NCBI GenBank assembly: GCA_002315735.1
Contig: DCIA01000004.1
Span: 44,362-84,361 of the forward strand
Origin: Clostridiales bacterium UBA1738
Lineage (GTDB): Bacteria > Bacillota > Clostridia > UBA1381
Direction of reading: 5' to 3'
Length of the DNA stretch: 40,000 bases
Below are positions 25,909 through 36,432 of the stretch, piece by piece (the first letter of the stretch is position 1; every line of letters starts with the position of its first letter). The notes beneath the pieces are model-generated. The model was not told the DNA's origin. It saw only the letters and a program-made list of their open reading frames with translations, and made no database searches. Position numbers and translations under genes: made by a program.

Positions 25909-26592
25909 CTATCGCTCCTCTAACTCTCTTTCAGCTTGTGATTTTCTCAAATATTCCGGAACAAGTTCAAAATATTTAAGTTTATCCTTGCTTTTAGCAG
26001 CCTCGGCAACACTTGACGCTCTTTGTTCATTAGCGTTTTGAGGTGCAAAAACTGCTAAATCTCCTAATTTTTCTATAATAACATCTTTAAAAACCGGTAC
26101 ACCATCACCCAAAAATACAACCTTTTCATTTTTCGATAAAAGTTCTTCTAAAACATTAACAAGTGGAAGTGCTCTTGGTGCAACAACCTCATTTAAAATA
26201 TCATCATTAAACTTATAAATTGCATTATAGACTTCCCCACGCCTTGCGTCCATTATCGGACAAATAATGTATGGACAATATGGCAAATTATATGCAAGTG
26301 CCAAAAGGGTATTAACCCCAACAATATCCTTTTTACAAGCGTGCGCTAAACCTTTTACTGTTGTAACACCAATTCTAAGACCTGTAAATGAACCCGGTCC
26401 ATTTGAAACAGCAAACAAATCAATATCAGCAGGTGTTAATTCACTTTTATCAAACACCCTTTTTATCATAGGCATAAGTGTTTCAGAATGTGTGAGTTTA
26501 TTATTCAGCACTTCTTCACATATTAGTTTATCTCCGTCAACTATCGCAGCAGATGCTACTTTTGAAGATGTATCCACAGCCAATATTTTCAT
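25909..26592 (-). CDS. tsaB: tRNA t6A biosynthesis protein TsaB
   Basis: MKILAVDTSS…GPGSFTGLRIG. Located downstream of tsaE. Confidence 0.9.
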   Translation of the reverse strand: MKILAVDTSSKVASAAIVDGDKLICEEVLNNKLTHSETLMPMIKRVFDKSELTPADIDLFAVSNGPGSFTGLRIGVTTVKGLAHACKKDIVGVNTLLALAYNLPYCPYIICPIMDARRGEVYNAIYKFNDDILNEVVAPRALPLVNVLEELLSKNEKVVFLGDGVPVFKDVIIEKLGDLAVFAPQNANEQRASSVAEAAKSKDKLKYFELVPEYLRKSQAERELEER

Positions 26593-26596
26593 TATT

Positions 26597-27019
26597 TCAC
26601 CGCTTTTCAATTTCTATTTCTCGAAAATCTTCGTGTATTTCAAGATTTTTCTTTATCTTTATGTCATATCGCTCGTCAGGTAAAATGTCGTCAATAATAT
26701 TTGCCCATTCAATAACGCAAATTCCGTCGCCTTGTATGTATTCGTCAAAACCTATATCAAACATTTCGTCACTATCGGAAATCCTATATACATCAAAATG
26801 ATATAGTGGAAGATATCCATCATAACAATTTACAATAGTAAAAGTAGGACTTGAAATATACTCACTAACACCAAGACCTTTTGCTAAACCCTTCACAAAA
26901 GCAGTTTTTCCAACGCCCAAATCTCCGTCAAGGCACAAAACATCACCCTTTTTTAGAGTTTTTGCAAATGATTTTGCAATATTTTCTGTTTCTTTTGATG
27001 AATTAGACTTATAAATCAT
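26597..27019 (-). CDS. tsaE: tRNA t6A biosynthesis ATPase TsaE
   Basis: P-loop LDGDLGVGKTAFVKG and …SPTFTIVN…YHFDVYR. Confidence 0.9.
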   Translation of the reverse strand: MIYKSNSSKETENIAKSFAKTLKKGDVLCLDGDLGVGKTAFVKGLAKGLGVSEYISSPTFTIVNCYDGYLPLYHFDVYRISDSDEMFDIGFDEYIQGDGICVIEWANIIDDILPDERYDIKIKKNLEIHEDFREIEIEKR

Positions 27020-27087
27020 ATTAGAAAAATCCCTTACACACTAAACAAGACTATACCAAAAGGCATAGCCTTGATTTATTAATACAA

Positions 27088-27531
27088 TTATTTATTTTCA
27101 AAATAAGCTCTGTCGTCATGAACTTTCTTTGATAGCATATCAAGGCGCTTTTCAAGATCATTCAAAATATCATCAGCATATTGATCACAGTCAGTTTTGA
27201 TTTCCATTGCTTTTTGTTGAGCGTCGTTTACCATTTGGTTTGCTTGTTCAACAGCTTCCTTCGTAACTTCGTGTTCGTCAATCATTTGAATAACTTTTTC
27301 TTCAGCATTTTTGATAAGTTCATTGCTTCTTGATTGAGCTTCTGCTAAAATTCTTTCTCTTTCTTCCTTTACCCATTTTGCTTCCTTAACTTCATCAGGA
27401 AAAACAAGACGCATTTCTTGAATATAGTCCAAAATGTCTTCTTTATCAACAAGCACTTTTCCGCTTAGTGGAACAGTAGGTGCCTTGTCAATAGTTTCTT
27501 CCATCATATCGATGATTTCCATGATTTCCAT
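27088..27531 (-). CDS. Hypothetical acidic coiled-coil protein
   Basis: Start at ATG 27529-27531 (AAGGAG 8 nt upstream). Heptad-rich and E/K-rich. Sits in a conserved position downstream of coaD. No function can be assigned. Confidence 0.5.
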   Translation of the reverse strand: MEIMEIIDMMEETIDKAPTVPLSGKVLVDKEDILDYIQEMRLVFPDEVKEAKWVKEERERILAEAQSRSNELIKNAEEKVIQMIDEHEVTKEAVEQANQMVNDAQQKAMEIKTDCDQYADDILNDLEKRLDMLSKKVHDDRAYFENK

Positions 27532-27552
27532 AATCAAAACTCCTTTTGTAAA

Positions 27553-28029
27553 TTAATGTATTTTATCTTTTATTTTAATGATAACTTCTTGTGGAACTAA
27601 TCCTTCAAGTTCGCCATCATATTTAGCAACTTCTTTCACCATACTTGAACTTATATATGAATACTTAGAGTCTGTCATCATAAACATGGTTTCATAGTCG
27701 GAATTAAGTGATTTATTAAGCAGTGCCATTTGAAATTCATATTCGAAATCTGCAACCGTTCTAAGACCTTTTACAATGACTGATGCACCATTTTGTTTTG
27801 CAAAGTCAACCAAGAGTCCACTAAATACATCACAACTAACATTAGGCAAATCTTTAATTTGCTCATCTATCATTGATTTTCGTTCTAAACTCGTAAACAT
27901 TGGGCTTTTACTGCTATTATCTAAAACACCAACAATTAATCTATCATATAGTTTTGATGCTCTTTTTATTATGTCCAAATGTCCGTTTGTAATTGGGTCA
28001 AAACTGCCCGGATAAACGGCTATTCTCAT
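27553..28029 (-). CDS. coaD: Phosphopantetheine adenylyltransferase
   Basis: [21 protein letters not shown] (HxGH-type nucleotidyltransferase motif). Start moved to this Met (GAGGGTGA upstream). Confidence 0.93.
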   Translation of the reverse strand: MRIAVYPGSFDPITNGHLDIIKRASKLYDRLIVGVLDNSSKSPMFTSLERKSMIDEQIKDLPNVSCDVFSGLLVDFAKQNGASVIVKGLRTVADFEYEFQMALLNKSLNSDYETMFMMTDSKYSYISSSMVKEVAKYDGELEGLVPQEVIIKIKDKIH

Positions 28030-28033
28030 CTTT

Positions 28034-28570
28034 TCACCCTCTTTGGTAAATTGTAACATAAGTTCTACCGTACTTTTTCTCTTTTATGATATTAAGACCA
28101 TCTATTTCCCCATGGTCATCAGAAAAATCGCTTTCAAGAACAATAATTCCGTATTCTGTCAAAACATCTTGTTTGACAATTTCAGTTAGTATAGGCAAGA
28201 TATACCCTTTGTTATATGGTGGGTCAAGAAAAACTAATGAATATCGCTTATTTTGAGTCTTTAAAAATTCCATTGCTTCAGAATTTTTAATTATTAGGTT
28301 ATCAAATTTTAGTACAGCTTGATTTTTTTTAATCAAGTTTATGGAGCGAATATCTCGATCAACACAAGTAGCTTCTTCTGCTCCACGGCTTAATGCCTCA
28401 AAAGACAATGCACCACTACCACCAAATAAATCAAGCACGATACTTCCTGAGACATATTCTTGAATTAGATTAAAAATCGACTCTTTCACCCTGTCAGTAG
28501 TTGGGCGAATATCCATTCCGTCAAATTCAAATAGTTTATGTCCTTTACGGCTACCCGCAATAATTCTCAT
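28034..28570 (-). CDS. rsmD: 16S rRNA (guanine966-N2)-methyltransferase RsmD
   Basis: [10 protein letters not shown]…[18 protein letters not shown]…FLDPPY. Start at ATG 28568-28570 (GGAGGA upstream). Confidence 0.9.
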   Translation of the reverse strand: MRIIAGSRKGHKLFEFDGMDIRPTTDRVKESIFNLIQEYVSGSIVLDLFGGSGALSFEALSRGAEEATCVDRDIRSINLIKKNQAVLKFDNLIIKNSEAMEFLKTQNKRYSLVFLDPPYNKGYILPILTEIVKQDVLTEYGIIVLESDFSDDHGEIDGLNIIKEKKYGRTYVTIYQRG

Positions 28571-28665
28571 ATAATCCTCCAAAGGTATATACATATATTC
28601 TACAATATTATTTTGAAATCGTCAATATTTTTTTAGATATTTTTGAAAAAGATATCCTAAAACCA

Positions 28666-30690
28666 CTAATTTAAAATTATACTGTCAGGTATTGCCTTTT
28701 CAGCATAGCCAAAAAGTATCTTTTCTTCTTCTAATGTGAGATTTTCTTTTTTTGTGGCAATATCTTCTGCAACTTTATCTGCCAAAGCCAAAATATCTCT
28801 ATCGGAAAATAAATTTGCAATCTTCATTTCAGGAAGACCATGCTGACGAGTACCGAAAAAATCCCCCGGTCCACGAAGTTTTAAATCCTCTTCCGAAATA
28901 TAAAATCCGTCATTAGATTTGCATAGTGTTTCCATTCGTTTTTTAGTGATTTCGTTGTCAGAATTACAAAACATAATACAGTATGACTGCTCACATCCTC
29001 TACCAACCCTGCCACGCAGTTGGTGAAGAGTAGCAAGCCCAAAACGTTCTGCATTTTCAATAATCATAATATTACTGTTAGGAACATTTACTCCAACTTC
29101 AATAACTGTTGTTGAAACTAAAATATCTATATTTTTATCCAAGAATTCTTGCATAACTGTATCTTTTTCGTCTGCTTTCATCTTTCCGTGGATTAAACCT
29201 ATGTTAAAGTTTGGGAAAAGGTTTTTTAATGTTTTACACACGCTTTCTGCATTTGCAAGGTCTTCCGTTTCACTTTCTTCAATAAGCGGGCAAACAACAT
29301 ATCCTTGCATACCTGCCTTAACATTTTTTTCAAGAAATGCATACACCCTTTTTCGCATTTTTTCATCAACTGCAAAAGTCTGTGCAGGCTTTCTTCCGGG
29401 CGGCAACTCATCAATTATCGAAATGTCTAAATCTCCATAAAGAATAAGTGACAAAGTTCTAGGTATAGGTGTTGCGGTCATAATAATTGTATTTGGATTA
29501 TCTCCCTTTTCATTTAATTTAGCCCTTTGTGACACGCCAAATCTATGTTGTTCATCTGTAATTGTAAGACCTAAATTGTTATACAAAACTTTATCCTGAA
29601 TTACTGCATTTGTACCAACGATTATTTGGTACTCTCCATTTTTTATTTGTTCTAATACTTTTTGTTTGTTTTTTGTACTTTTTGTTAAAAGTGCAATTTT
29701 TAAATCTGTATTTTCAAAAAGTTTATTAAAAGTTTCAAAGTGCTGATTTGCTAAAATTTCTGTTGGTGCCATTATTACCGATTGATATCCGTTTTTCACT
29801 GCAACATACATAGCCGCTGCCGCTACAACAGTTTTACCTGAACCCACATCTCCCTCAATCAGTCGATTCATAGGCACTCTTTTTTTTACATCTTCCATTA
29901 TTTCATCAACAACTCTTTTTTGTGCATTTGTCAAGGAAAATGGTAAAGAATCTATAAAACTTTTAACGCAATCAATATTTTCAAATGGCATTCTTTCCTT
30001 TTTCGTATTCGATTCACGCCTTGATAAAAGGGCTAATCTTAAAAATAAGAGTTCTTCAAACACAAAGCGCTTTCTTGCAAAATTATAATCTTCAATTTTA
30101 GAGGGAAAATGAATGTTTTTCATCGCAAAATTTATATCGGCAATACCATATTTTTGCAAAATAGTCTTTGGCATATATTCAGAAATTGTTCCGACTTTTT
30201 CTAATGCTTCTTCCATAAGCGTTGCAATTATTTTTTGCGACAAATTTCCGGAAAGCGGATAAATAGGGACAATTCTACCTATAAAATGTTGTTTTTTAGG
30301 TTTTTCATAGATTGGATTTTGCAAAACTTTTTTACTTCCGCTAAGCGTCACCTTTCCAAACAAAAGTACATTCTCGCCTGTCAAGAATGCACCTTTTAGA
30401 AATCTATTATTATACCACACAACATTCATCGAACCGGACTCGTCAAAAACTGTCATTTGATATAATGTCAAGTTCTTTCTGATTCTGGATTCTCGTATTG
30501 GCGAGTAAACTGTGACTGAAAAGCACACAAATTCCCCCACGACAGACTCTTTTATATCAGTAAAATGAGTCCTGTCCTCGTGAGTTCTCGGAAAATAATA
30601 TAATAGGTCATTAACTGTTTTAATTCCCTTTTTTTCAAAGACTTTTGCTCTTTCCGGGCCAACGCCGTGCAAGGTTTTTATGCTTTCCAT
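28666..30690 (-). CDS. recG: ATP-dependent DNA helicase RecG
   Basis: 674 aa. Wedge domain followed by helicase motifs GDVGSGKT, DEQHRFG and QLRGRVGRG. Confidence 0.95.
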   Translation of the reverse strand: MESIKTLHGVGPERAKVFEKKGIKTVNDLLYYFPRTHEDRTHFTDIKESVVGEFVCFSVTVYSPIRESRIRKNLTLYQMTVFDESGSMNVVWYNNRFLKGAFLTGENVLLFGKVTLSGSKKVLQNPIYEKPKKQHFIGRIVPIYPLSGNLSQKIIATLMEEALEKVGTISEYMPKTILQKYGIADINFAMKNIHFPSKIEDYNFARKRFVFEELLFLRLALLSRRESNTKKERMPFENIDCVKSFIDSLPFSLTNAQKRVVDEIMEDVKKRVPMNRLIEGDVGSGKTVVAAAAMYVAVKNGYQSVIMAPTEILANQHFETFNKLFENTDLKIALLTKSTKNKQKVLEQIKNGEYQIIVGTNAVIQDKVLYNNLGLTITDEQHRFGVSQRAKLNEKGDNPNTIIMTATPIPRTLSLILYGDLDISIIDELPPGRKPAQTFAVDEKMRKRVYAFLEKNVKAGMQGYVVCPLIEESETEDLANAESVCKTLKNLFPNFNIGLIHGKMKADEKDTVMQEFLDKNIDILVSTTVIEVGVNVPNSNIMIIENAERFGLATLHQLRGRVGRGCEQSYCIMFCNSDNEITKKRMETLCKSNDGFYISEEDLKLRGPGDFFGTRQHGLPEMKIANLFSDRDILALADKVAEDIATKKENLTLEEEKILFGYAEKAIPDSIILN

Positions 30691-30692
30691 AA

Positions 30693-32306
30693 CTATTCAA
30701 CAGAAATTATATAGTAATATAACGGCTGACCACCGTATTTTACTGAAACTTCTATATCCTCATACATATTTTCAAGTTCATCTGCAACGCTTTCGGCATC
30801 TTCCTTTGTGATTTCTTCGCCATAATACAGTGTTACAAACTCGCTATCATCGTCAATCAGTTCTTTTGAAAGTTCAAATAAAGCACTTGTTACATCTTTA
30901 TTCACAGAAGTGATTTTGCTTCCGATAATTCCTAAAATGTCGCCCTTTTCAATCTTTTTATCATCTGCCTCAGTATCTCTTACAGCATATGTTATTTGTC
31001 CGACCGAAACGCTTTCGCTCGCTTTATTCATTAGTTTTTCGTTTGTTTCTTTGTCGTTTGTTTCTTTATACTTCATCATTGCGGCAACACATTGCGGAAT
31101 TGATTTTGTAGGAATTACAACAATATTTTTTGTTGATATTTCTTTCGCCTGATTTGCTGCTAAAATTATATTTTTATTATTTGGGAAAACAAATATCGTT
31201 TCTGCATTTATGTCATTTACTGCATTTAAAATATCGTCCGTGCTGGGATTCATTGTTTGACCGCCCTCAATGACAACATCAATTCCGAGATTTTTAAAGA
31301 TATTCGCAATACCTTCTCCTGCACAAATAGAAACAAAACCATATTTTTTAGGAGGCTCATCTTCCTTTTTTGTTTCTTCTACAATCAATGATTGATGCTG
31401 GTGTTTCATATTATCAATCTTTATATTAATCATTGCACCCATTCTAATTGCACTTTCCAAGACAAAGCCCGGATTATTTGTATGAATATGAACCTTTACG
31501 ATTTCGTCGTCATCAATTACCAACATACAATCGCCGATTTTCTCTATTGCTCGCTTAAAATTTAATACATTTACATTCTTATCTCTTTTTTCTACAATAA
31601 ATTCTGTACAGTACATAAATTTAATGTTTTGTGTGTCAATCTTTTGTTGTGCATCGCTCTTTTTCTCAGTAGTTTCAGTTGATATCTTAGCGTCGCACTC
31701 AACAATTTTGCCTGTTTCTAAAAATGTTAATGCTCCTTCTAAAACGAACATCCAACCCTGTCCACCGGCATCAACGACTCCTGCTTTTTTAAGTTGCGGC
31801 AGCATTTCAGGCGTTTTTGAAAGAGCGTCGTTTCCCGCTGTTACTGCTGCTTTTAGAACTTCTAAGATATCGTTATCAGCACTAATTGCAGCGGTCGCCG
31901 CTTCTCTTGCAACAGTCAAAATTGTGCCCTCAGTTGGATTCATAACAGCATTATAAGCAACATCAGAGCCTGCTTTTAGTGCAAGTGCAAAATCAGATGG
32001 CTCACATTCATTTTTTCCTTTTAGGTTCTTTGAAATGCCCCTAAAAAATTGCGACAAAATAACACCTGAGTTACCTCTTGCTCCTCTTAGTGTGGCAAAA
32101 GACATAACATCAGCAGTTTTTGTTATAGATTCGGACTTCATTTCAAGAAGTGATTTTGCCATATTTTGTGCCGTCATAGACATATTTGTACCTGTATCAC
32201 CGTCAGGTACAGGAAAAACATTAAGTTCGTCTACAATGTTTCTTTTATTATATAAATTATTTGCACCGGATAAAAACATTTGTGCAAGCAATTCTCCATT
32301 AATCAT
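30693..32306 (-). CDS. DAK2 domain fusion protein YloV-like
   Basis: DhaL-type motif VPDGDTGTNM and a long C-terminal YloV-type extension. Start at MINGELLAQMF (AAGGAG upstream). Confidence 0.88.
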   Translation of the reverse strand: MINGELLAQMFLSGANNLYNKRNIVDELNVFPVPDGDTGTNMSMTAQNMAKSLLEMKSESITKTADVMSFATLRGARGNSGVILSQFFRGISKNLKGKNECEPSDFALALKAGSDVAYNAVMNPTEGTILTVAREAATAAISADNDILEVLKAAVTAGNDALSKTPEMLPQLKKAGVVDAGGQGWMFVLEGALTFLETGKIVECDAKISTETTEKKSDAQQKIDTQNIKFMYCTEFIVEKRDKNVNVLNFKRAIEKIGDCMLVIDDDEIVKVHIHTNNPGFVLESAIRMGAMINIKIDNMKHQHQSLIVEETKKEDEPPKKYGFVSICAGEGIANIFKNLGIDVVIEGGQTMNPSTDDILNAVNDINAETIFVFPNNKNIILAANQAKEISTKNIVVIPTKSIPQCVAAMMKYKETNDKETNEKLMNKASESVSVGQITYAVRDTEADDKKIEKGDILGIIGSKITSVNKDVTSALFELSKELIDDDSEFVTLYYGEEITKEDAESVADELENMYEDIEVSVKYGGQPLYYYIISVE

Positions 32307-32310
32307 TTTT

Positions 32311-32667
32311 TTACTCCTTAACTCTGACTGATTCAACAATTACATTAACTTTTGTAACTTTAAGTCCTGTATTATGTTCTAATTGATATTGAACATTATG
32401 AACAATGCTATCACAAATAGCATTAATATTAACACCGTATTCAACAATTATATGCATATCAATAACAATACCGTTTTCCTCAACACGAACAACGATACCC
32501 CTTGACATATTATCCATTTTAAGAAGTCTAATAACTCCGTCTTTTTTATTTTTAGACGCCATTCCGACAACACCGTAACTATTTGTTGCAACATAGCCTG
32601 CAATAGATGCTATAGCATTATTATCAACCGAAACCTCGCCCAATTCACTATTAATTAAAATTGACAT
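32311..32667 (-). CDS. Asp23/Gls24-family envelope stress protein (YloU-like)
   Basis: 118 aa. …IAGYVATNSYGVVGM… Conserved pairing with the downstream DAK2 gene. Confidence 0.85.
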   Translation of the reverse strand: MSILINSELGEVSVDNNAIASIAGYVATNSYGVVGMASKNKKDGVIRLLKMDNMSRGIVVRVEENGIVIDMHIIVEYGVNINAICDSIVHNVQYQLEHNTGLKVTKVNVIVESVRVKE

Positions 32668-32826
32668 ATATTATCACCCTTTCATTCTGTAAATACAAAT
32701 TTACTTATATATTTTACTATATTATTGGAAAATAGTCCATAGTTTTATGAAAATATTATTACATTTTTTTAATTTTGTTGAAAATTACAAAGTTACAATA
32801 TATACTAACATAAAAGAGGTGATTTT

Positions 32827-33882
32827 GTGGCAAAGCAGCATTACTTACGAAACTATCTTAGTGAACTTCCTGATTTTGTGTTTAGTTACATAGAGGAATA
32901 CTACACAGGCGAAAGTATAAACACACAGCTTGGGTATAGTATTGATATTAAAATTTTTTTAAACTATTTAAGGTCGTATAAATATCCTAACATAAAATCA
33001 AACGAAGATTTCACATTAGAGCACATTGAAAAAGTTACTCCAAGCGATTTAATCAGATTTAAAGCCTATCTAAGAGAGTATGAAACAGAATATCTATCCC
33101 CTGCCGGAAGAAAAATAAAAAGAATTTGTAAGAATTCGCCTTATGGCATTAACAGAAAGTTATCAGCCGTTCGTGGTATGTTTATCTATCTATATAAAAC
33201 GGAGCAATTATCACAAAATATCACCGACAAAGTTGATTTTGCAAAAATACATCAAAAAATTAAAAAGCCACTTACCAGTCAAGAATCAATAAAATTAATT
33301 GATGTTATTTATAATGGCGAAAAATATTTTGAAGGCAGAACTCTTACCGAATACAAAAATAAAAAAGAACGGGATATTGCAATTTTTACAACATATTTAG
33401 GAACAGGAATTCGTGTAAGCGAGCTTGTGAATTTGCAGATACAAGACATTGATTTTGACACACAATCATTTATCGTCACAAGAAAAGGCGGCGACCAACA
33501 AGAAATTTTTATGCCTGTTCAGGTTAGCAATGCGATATACTCTTATCTTCACAAAGATGAAGATAATGTTCGTGATAAAGGTCCACTTTTTTTAGGTCGT
33601 GGTGGAAAACCTTTAACTACGGCATCGGTTGAAAAAACATTAAAAAACTACTGCTACGCTGTTGACATCACACACCCTGACAAAACAAGACCTCACGCAT
33701 TAAGACGAACCTTTGCTTGTAGATTATTAGAAGATGGCATTGACATTAAAATGGTTGCAGAACTTATGGGGCATAAAAATATTGAAGTTACACACCGATA
33801 TTATGCTCAATATTCATCGCAAAAGCGTCGTGAAGTTATGCAGAATCTTGATGTTTTAAAACTTCCCGAAGAGGATTTATAA
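32827..33882 (+). CDS. Tyrosine-type site-specific recombinase (XerC/XerD/phage-integrase family)
   Basis: GTG start with AGAGGTGA upstream. Catalytic region …GIRVSEL… (Arg), …HALRRTFA… (H-x-x-R), …LMGHKNIEVTHRYY (His, Tyr). Confidence 0.85.
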   Translation: MAKQHYLRNYLSELPDFVFSYIEEYYTGESINTQLGYSIDIKIFLNYLRSYKYPNIKSNEDFTLEHIEKVTPSDLIRFKAYLREYETEYLSPAGRKIKRICKNSPYGINRKLSAVRGMFIYLYKTEQLSQNITDKVDFAKIHQKIKKPLTSQESIKLIDVIYNGEKYFEGRTLTEYKNKKERDIAIFTTYLGTGIRVSELVNLQIQDIDFDTQSFIVTRKGGDQQEIFMPVQVSNAIYSYLHKDEDNVRDKGPLFLGRGGKPLTTASVEKTLKNYCYAVDITHPDKTRPHALRRTFACRLLEDGIDIKMVAELMGHKNIEVTHRYYAQYSSQKRREVMQNLDVLKLPEEDL

Positions 33883-33885
33883 CAC

Positions 33886-33920
33886 AAAAAAAGTGAAGAC
33901 GAAAGTCTTCACTTTTTATT
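33886..33920. terminator. Bidirectional terminator between the recombinase gene and rhaA
   Basis: AAAAAGTGAAGAC-GAAA-GTCTTCACTTTTT, with A- and T-runs on both sides. Confidence 0.8.
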
Positions 33921-35178
33921 ATCTTCTTGAAAGAACATCCTTTTCATATTTTTGAACATCCGAAAGCCAATCAAGACCAACTTTTTTGCCTGTCTTTTGA
34001 CAATAATAATCCCAAACAAGTGAGAATGGTGCAGCCTTAAATTCTTGTGTATATGCAAGTCTTGCAGAAACATCACCCGACGCTTCAATTTCTTTCATTT
34101 TTTCATTTGGTTGTAAAAGTGCATATAGCATAGCCTTTCTAACATTTCTAAGCCCGGTTACCCAAGCAGAAATTCTGTTGATTGATGCATCAAAGAAGTC
34201 TGTTGCAATATATGTATCTTTAAGTTTATCCATTCTTACAAGTTCTTCCATAATTGCCTTTGTTTCATCATCAAATGCAACAACATGGTCGCTGTCCCAT
34301 CTTACAGGACGCGAAACATGTAGCAAAACAGAATCCGAGAATGTAAATATAGATGATAGTTTTGCAGATACCATTTCAGTTGGGTGATAGTGACCTGTAT
34401 CAAGTGTCATAATGATATGGTCTTTTTTTGCATTCATAACATATCCCATACAGAATTCATGTGAGCCTACCGTATAACTTTCAACACCGATACCAAACAC
34501 CTTAGATTCAATACCGTCAACAACACCCTTTACAAGTTTTGTTGCCTTGAAAATTTTATCATAACTATCTTTTAGTCTTAATCTTGGTGAAAGTGTATCG
34601 ACCGGGAATTCCTTGTCGCCGTCAGGTGTCCAATGGTTAATAACACAAGGTTTTCCTGTTGTTTTATAGAAATATTGTCCGATTTTTCTACATCTGATTC
34701 CGTGCTCTATCCAAAACTTTCTTGTTTCCTCATCTGCTGCTGACAAAGTGCCTTTTTCACTCTTTGGGTGTGAGAAATATGTAGGGTTAAAATCAAGACC
34801 TATTCCCTTTGCCTTTGCCCAATTTGCCCAGTTTTCAAAATGTTTTGGTTCGATTTCATTTCTATCAACAAAAGTATCCGCTTCTTGATAATTTGCGTGA
34901 ATATTTAGTTTCAATTCGCCGGGGATAAATTCCATAGCTTTTTCAATATCGGCACGCAATTCTTCCGGATTTCTTGCTGCTCCCGGATAGTTTCCTGTTG
35001 CTTGGATACCACCTGATAATCCACCGTCCTTTTTTTCAAATCCGGCAACATCATCACCTTGCCAACAGTGCATTGAAATAGGTGTTTTATCGCAAATTTC
35101 TATTGCTTTATCAACATCGATTCCAAATTCTTTATAGTATTCTTTTGCAAATTCATAACCTTTTTGAACATCACGCAT
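33919..35178 (-). CDS. rhaA: L-rhamnose isomerase
   Basis: 419 aa. The N-terminal …PISMHCWQGDDVAGFE… matches the RhaA signature region. Length fits. Confidence 0.88.
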   Translation of the reverse strand: MRDVQKGYEFAKEYYKEFGIDVDKAIEICDKTPISMHCWQGDDVAGFEKKDGGLSGGIQATGNYPGAARNPEELRADIEKAMEFIPGELKLNIHANYQEADTFVDRNEIEPKHFENWANWAKAKGIGLDFNPTYFSHPKSEKGTLSAADEETRKFWIEHGIRCRKIGQYFYKTTGKPCVINHWTPDGDKEFPVDTLSPRLRLKDSYDKIFKATKLVKGVVDGIESKVFGIGVESYTVGSHEFCMGYVMNAKKDHIIMTLDTGHYHPTEMVSAKLSSIFTFSDSVLLHVSRPVRWDSDHVVAFDDETKAIMEELVRMDKLKDTYIATDFFDASINRISAWVTGLRNVRKAMLYALLQPNEKMKEIEASGDVSARLAYTQEFKAAPFSLVWDYYCQKTGKKVGLDWLSDVQKYEKDVLSRR

Positions 35179-35182
35179 TTTT

Positions 35183-35725
35183 TTATTCTCCTTTGTTTTT
35201 TAAATTATATGTTGTAAGAATTCCAACTTGTGTTTTTGAATCCTTAATCTCATTTGTTAGTACCATTTCAACCGCTTTTTCTAGCGGAACTTTTAAAACT
35301 TCCACAAATTCGCCGTCATCTAAATCTTGACCTACAAATTTTAGATTTTCGGCTAAATAAATATGTATTTTTTCATTTAAGTAACCGGGTGACGGATATG
35401 TCTCTGAAATTTTTGTGAACTTTTCTGCAATAAATCCCGTTTCTTCTCTTAATTCTCGTTTGCCTGCCAAAAACGGGTCTTCATTCTTTTCAAGTTTTCC
35501 TGCAGGAATTTCTAAAAGTTCACTGTCAAATGGTTTTCTATACTGTTTTACAAGCAAGACATTATTTTCATTATCGAGTGCAACAACACATGCTCCACCA
35601 TTATGCAAGACTAACTCTCTTTCTGCAATTGTCCCGTCCGGCAAACGCACTGTATCATTTTTTACCTTAATAATTCGACCGTCATATATCTCTTTTGTAG
35701 AAATAGTTGTTTCAGTAAAATCCAT
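35183..35725 (-). CDS. NUDIX hydrolase (ADP-ribose pyrophosphatase-like)
   Basis: Nudix box GKLEKNEDPFLAGKRELREETGF. Confidence 0.85.
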   Translation of the reverse strand: MDFTETTISTKEIYDGRIIKVKNDTVRLPDGTIAERELVLHNGGACVVALDNENNVLLVKQYRKPFDSELLEIPAGKLEKNEDPFLAGKRELREETGFIAEKFTKISETYPSPGYLNEKIHIYLAENLKFVGQDLDDGEFVEVLKVPLEKAVEMVLTNEIKDSKTQVGILTTYNLKNKGE

Positions 35726-35727
35726 TA

Positions 35728-36420
35728 CTATTCCTCCAAAATACCGACAAACTTCTTTATTACATTAGTAGAATTTCTTGCCGCAATTTTCGTAAATGTA
35801 GGGAAATCCATAGTTGCTCCGCCGTTTGCTTTGTCGCTCATGGCACGGATTACGGTAAATGGCACATTGTTTACATAGCAAACATGCCCTATACTTCCGC
35901 CTTCCATTTCACAAGCTTTTGCATCAAAGTTTGTTTTAATGTAATTCTTTTTATCATCACTTGCAACAAACTGGTCGCCTGAGGCAATAACACCCACCGA
36001 ATAATTAATTCCGACAGCCTTTACGGCCTCAATAAGTTTATTTTTCATTTCAACATTTGTAGGAATTTTTACGATATTAATATCTGATAACATACCAACC
36101 GGATCGCCGAGAGGAGATATATCCATATCATGCTGAACAACACTGTCTGCTATTACAACATCGCCAATATCAAGAGTTTCATCAAGACATCCGGCAACAC
36201 CAATATTAATAATCATATCAGGTTTATATTTTAAAATCATTGCTTCGGTGCAAATTGCCGAAAAAACCTTTCCTATACCACATTTTGCAACAACTGCTTT
36301 CTCGTTTCCTAAATCACCAACACAGAAATCTATACCACTAATACTTTCTTCTGTTTTGTTTGTGAGTAAAGCTTTTAGACTTTCGACTTCTATATCCATT
36401 GCTCCTATTATCCCAAGCAT
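35728..36420 (-). CDS. mtnN: 5'-methylthioadenosine/S-adenosylhomocysteine nucleosidase
   Basis: MLGIIGAMDIEVE…, …CEMEGGSIGHV…, …VIRAMSD. Confidence 0.9.
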   Translation of the reverse strand: MLGIIGAMDIEVESLKALLTNKTEESISGIDFCVGDLGNEKAVVAKCGIGKVFSAICTEAMILKYKPDMIINIGVAGCLDETLDIGDVVIADSVVQHDMDISPLGDPVGMLSDINIVKIPTNVEMKNKLIEAVKAVGINYSVGVIASGDQFVASDDKKNYIKTNFDAKACEMEGGSIGHVCYVNNVPFTVIRAMSDKANGGATMDFPTFTKIAARNSTNVIKKFVGILEE

Positions 36421-36432
36421 AATAAAATCCTC

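Noticed and set aside
27040-27075. Hairpin CAAGGCTAT…ATAGTCTTG downstream of the coiled-coil gene, considered as a terminator
   Set aside because: The stem contains a wobble pair and is followed by only TTT, and the downstream tsaE likely needs read-through. Too weak to list as a feature.
32827-33882. Recombinase as marker of an integrated prophage or ICE
   Set aside because: No phage, conjugation or transposition genes flank it, and the neighbours are conserved housekeeping genes (yloU/yloV/recG on one side; rhaA, Nudix and mtnN on the other). I did not spot flanking direct repeats.
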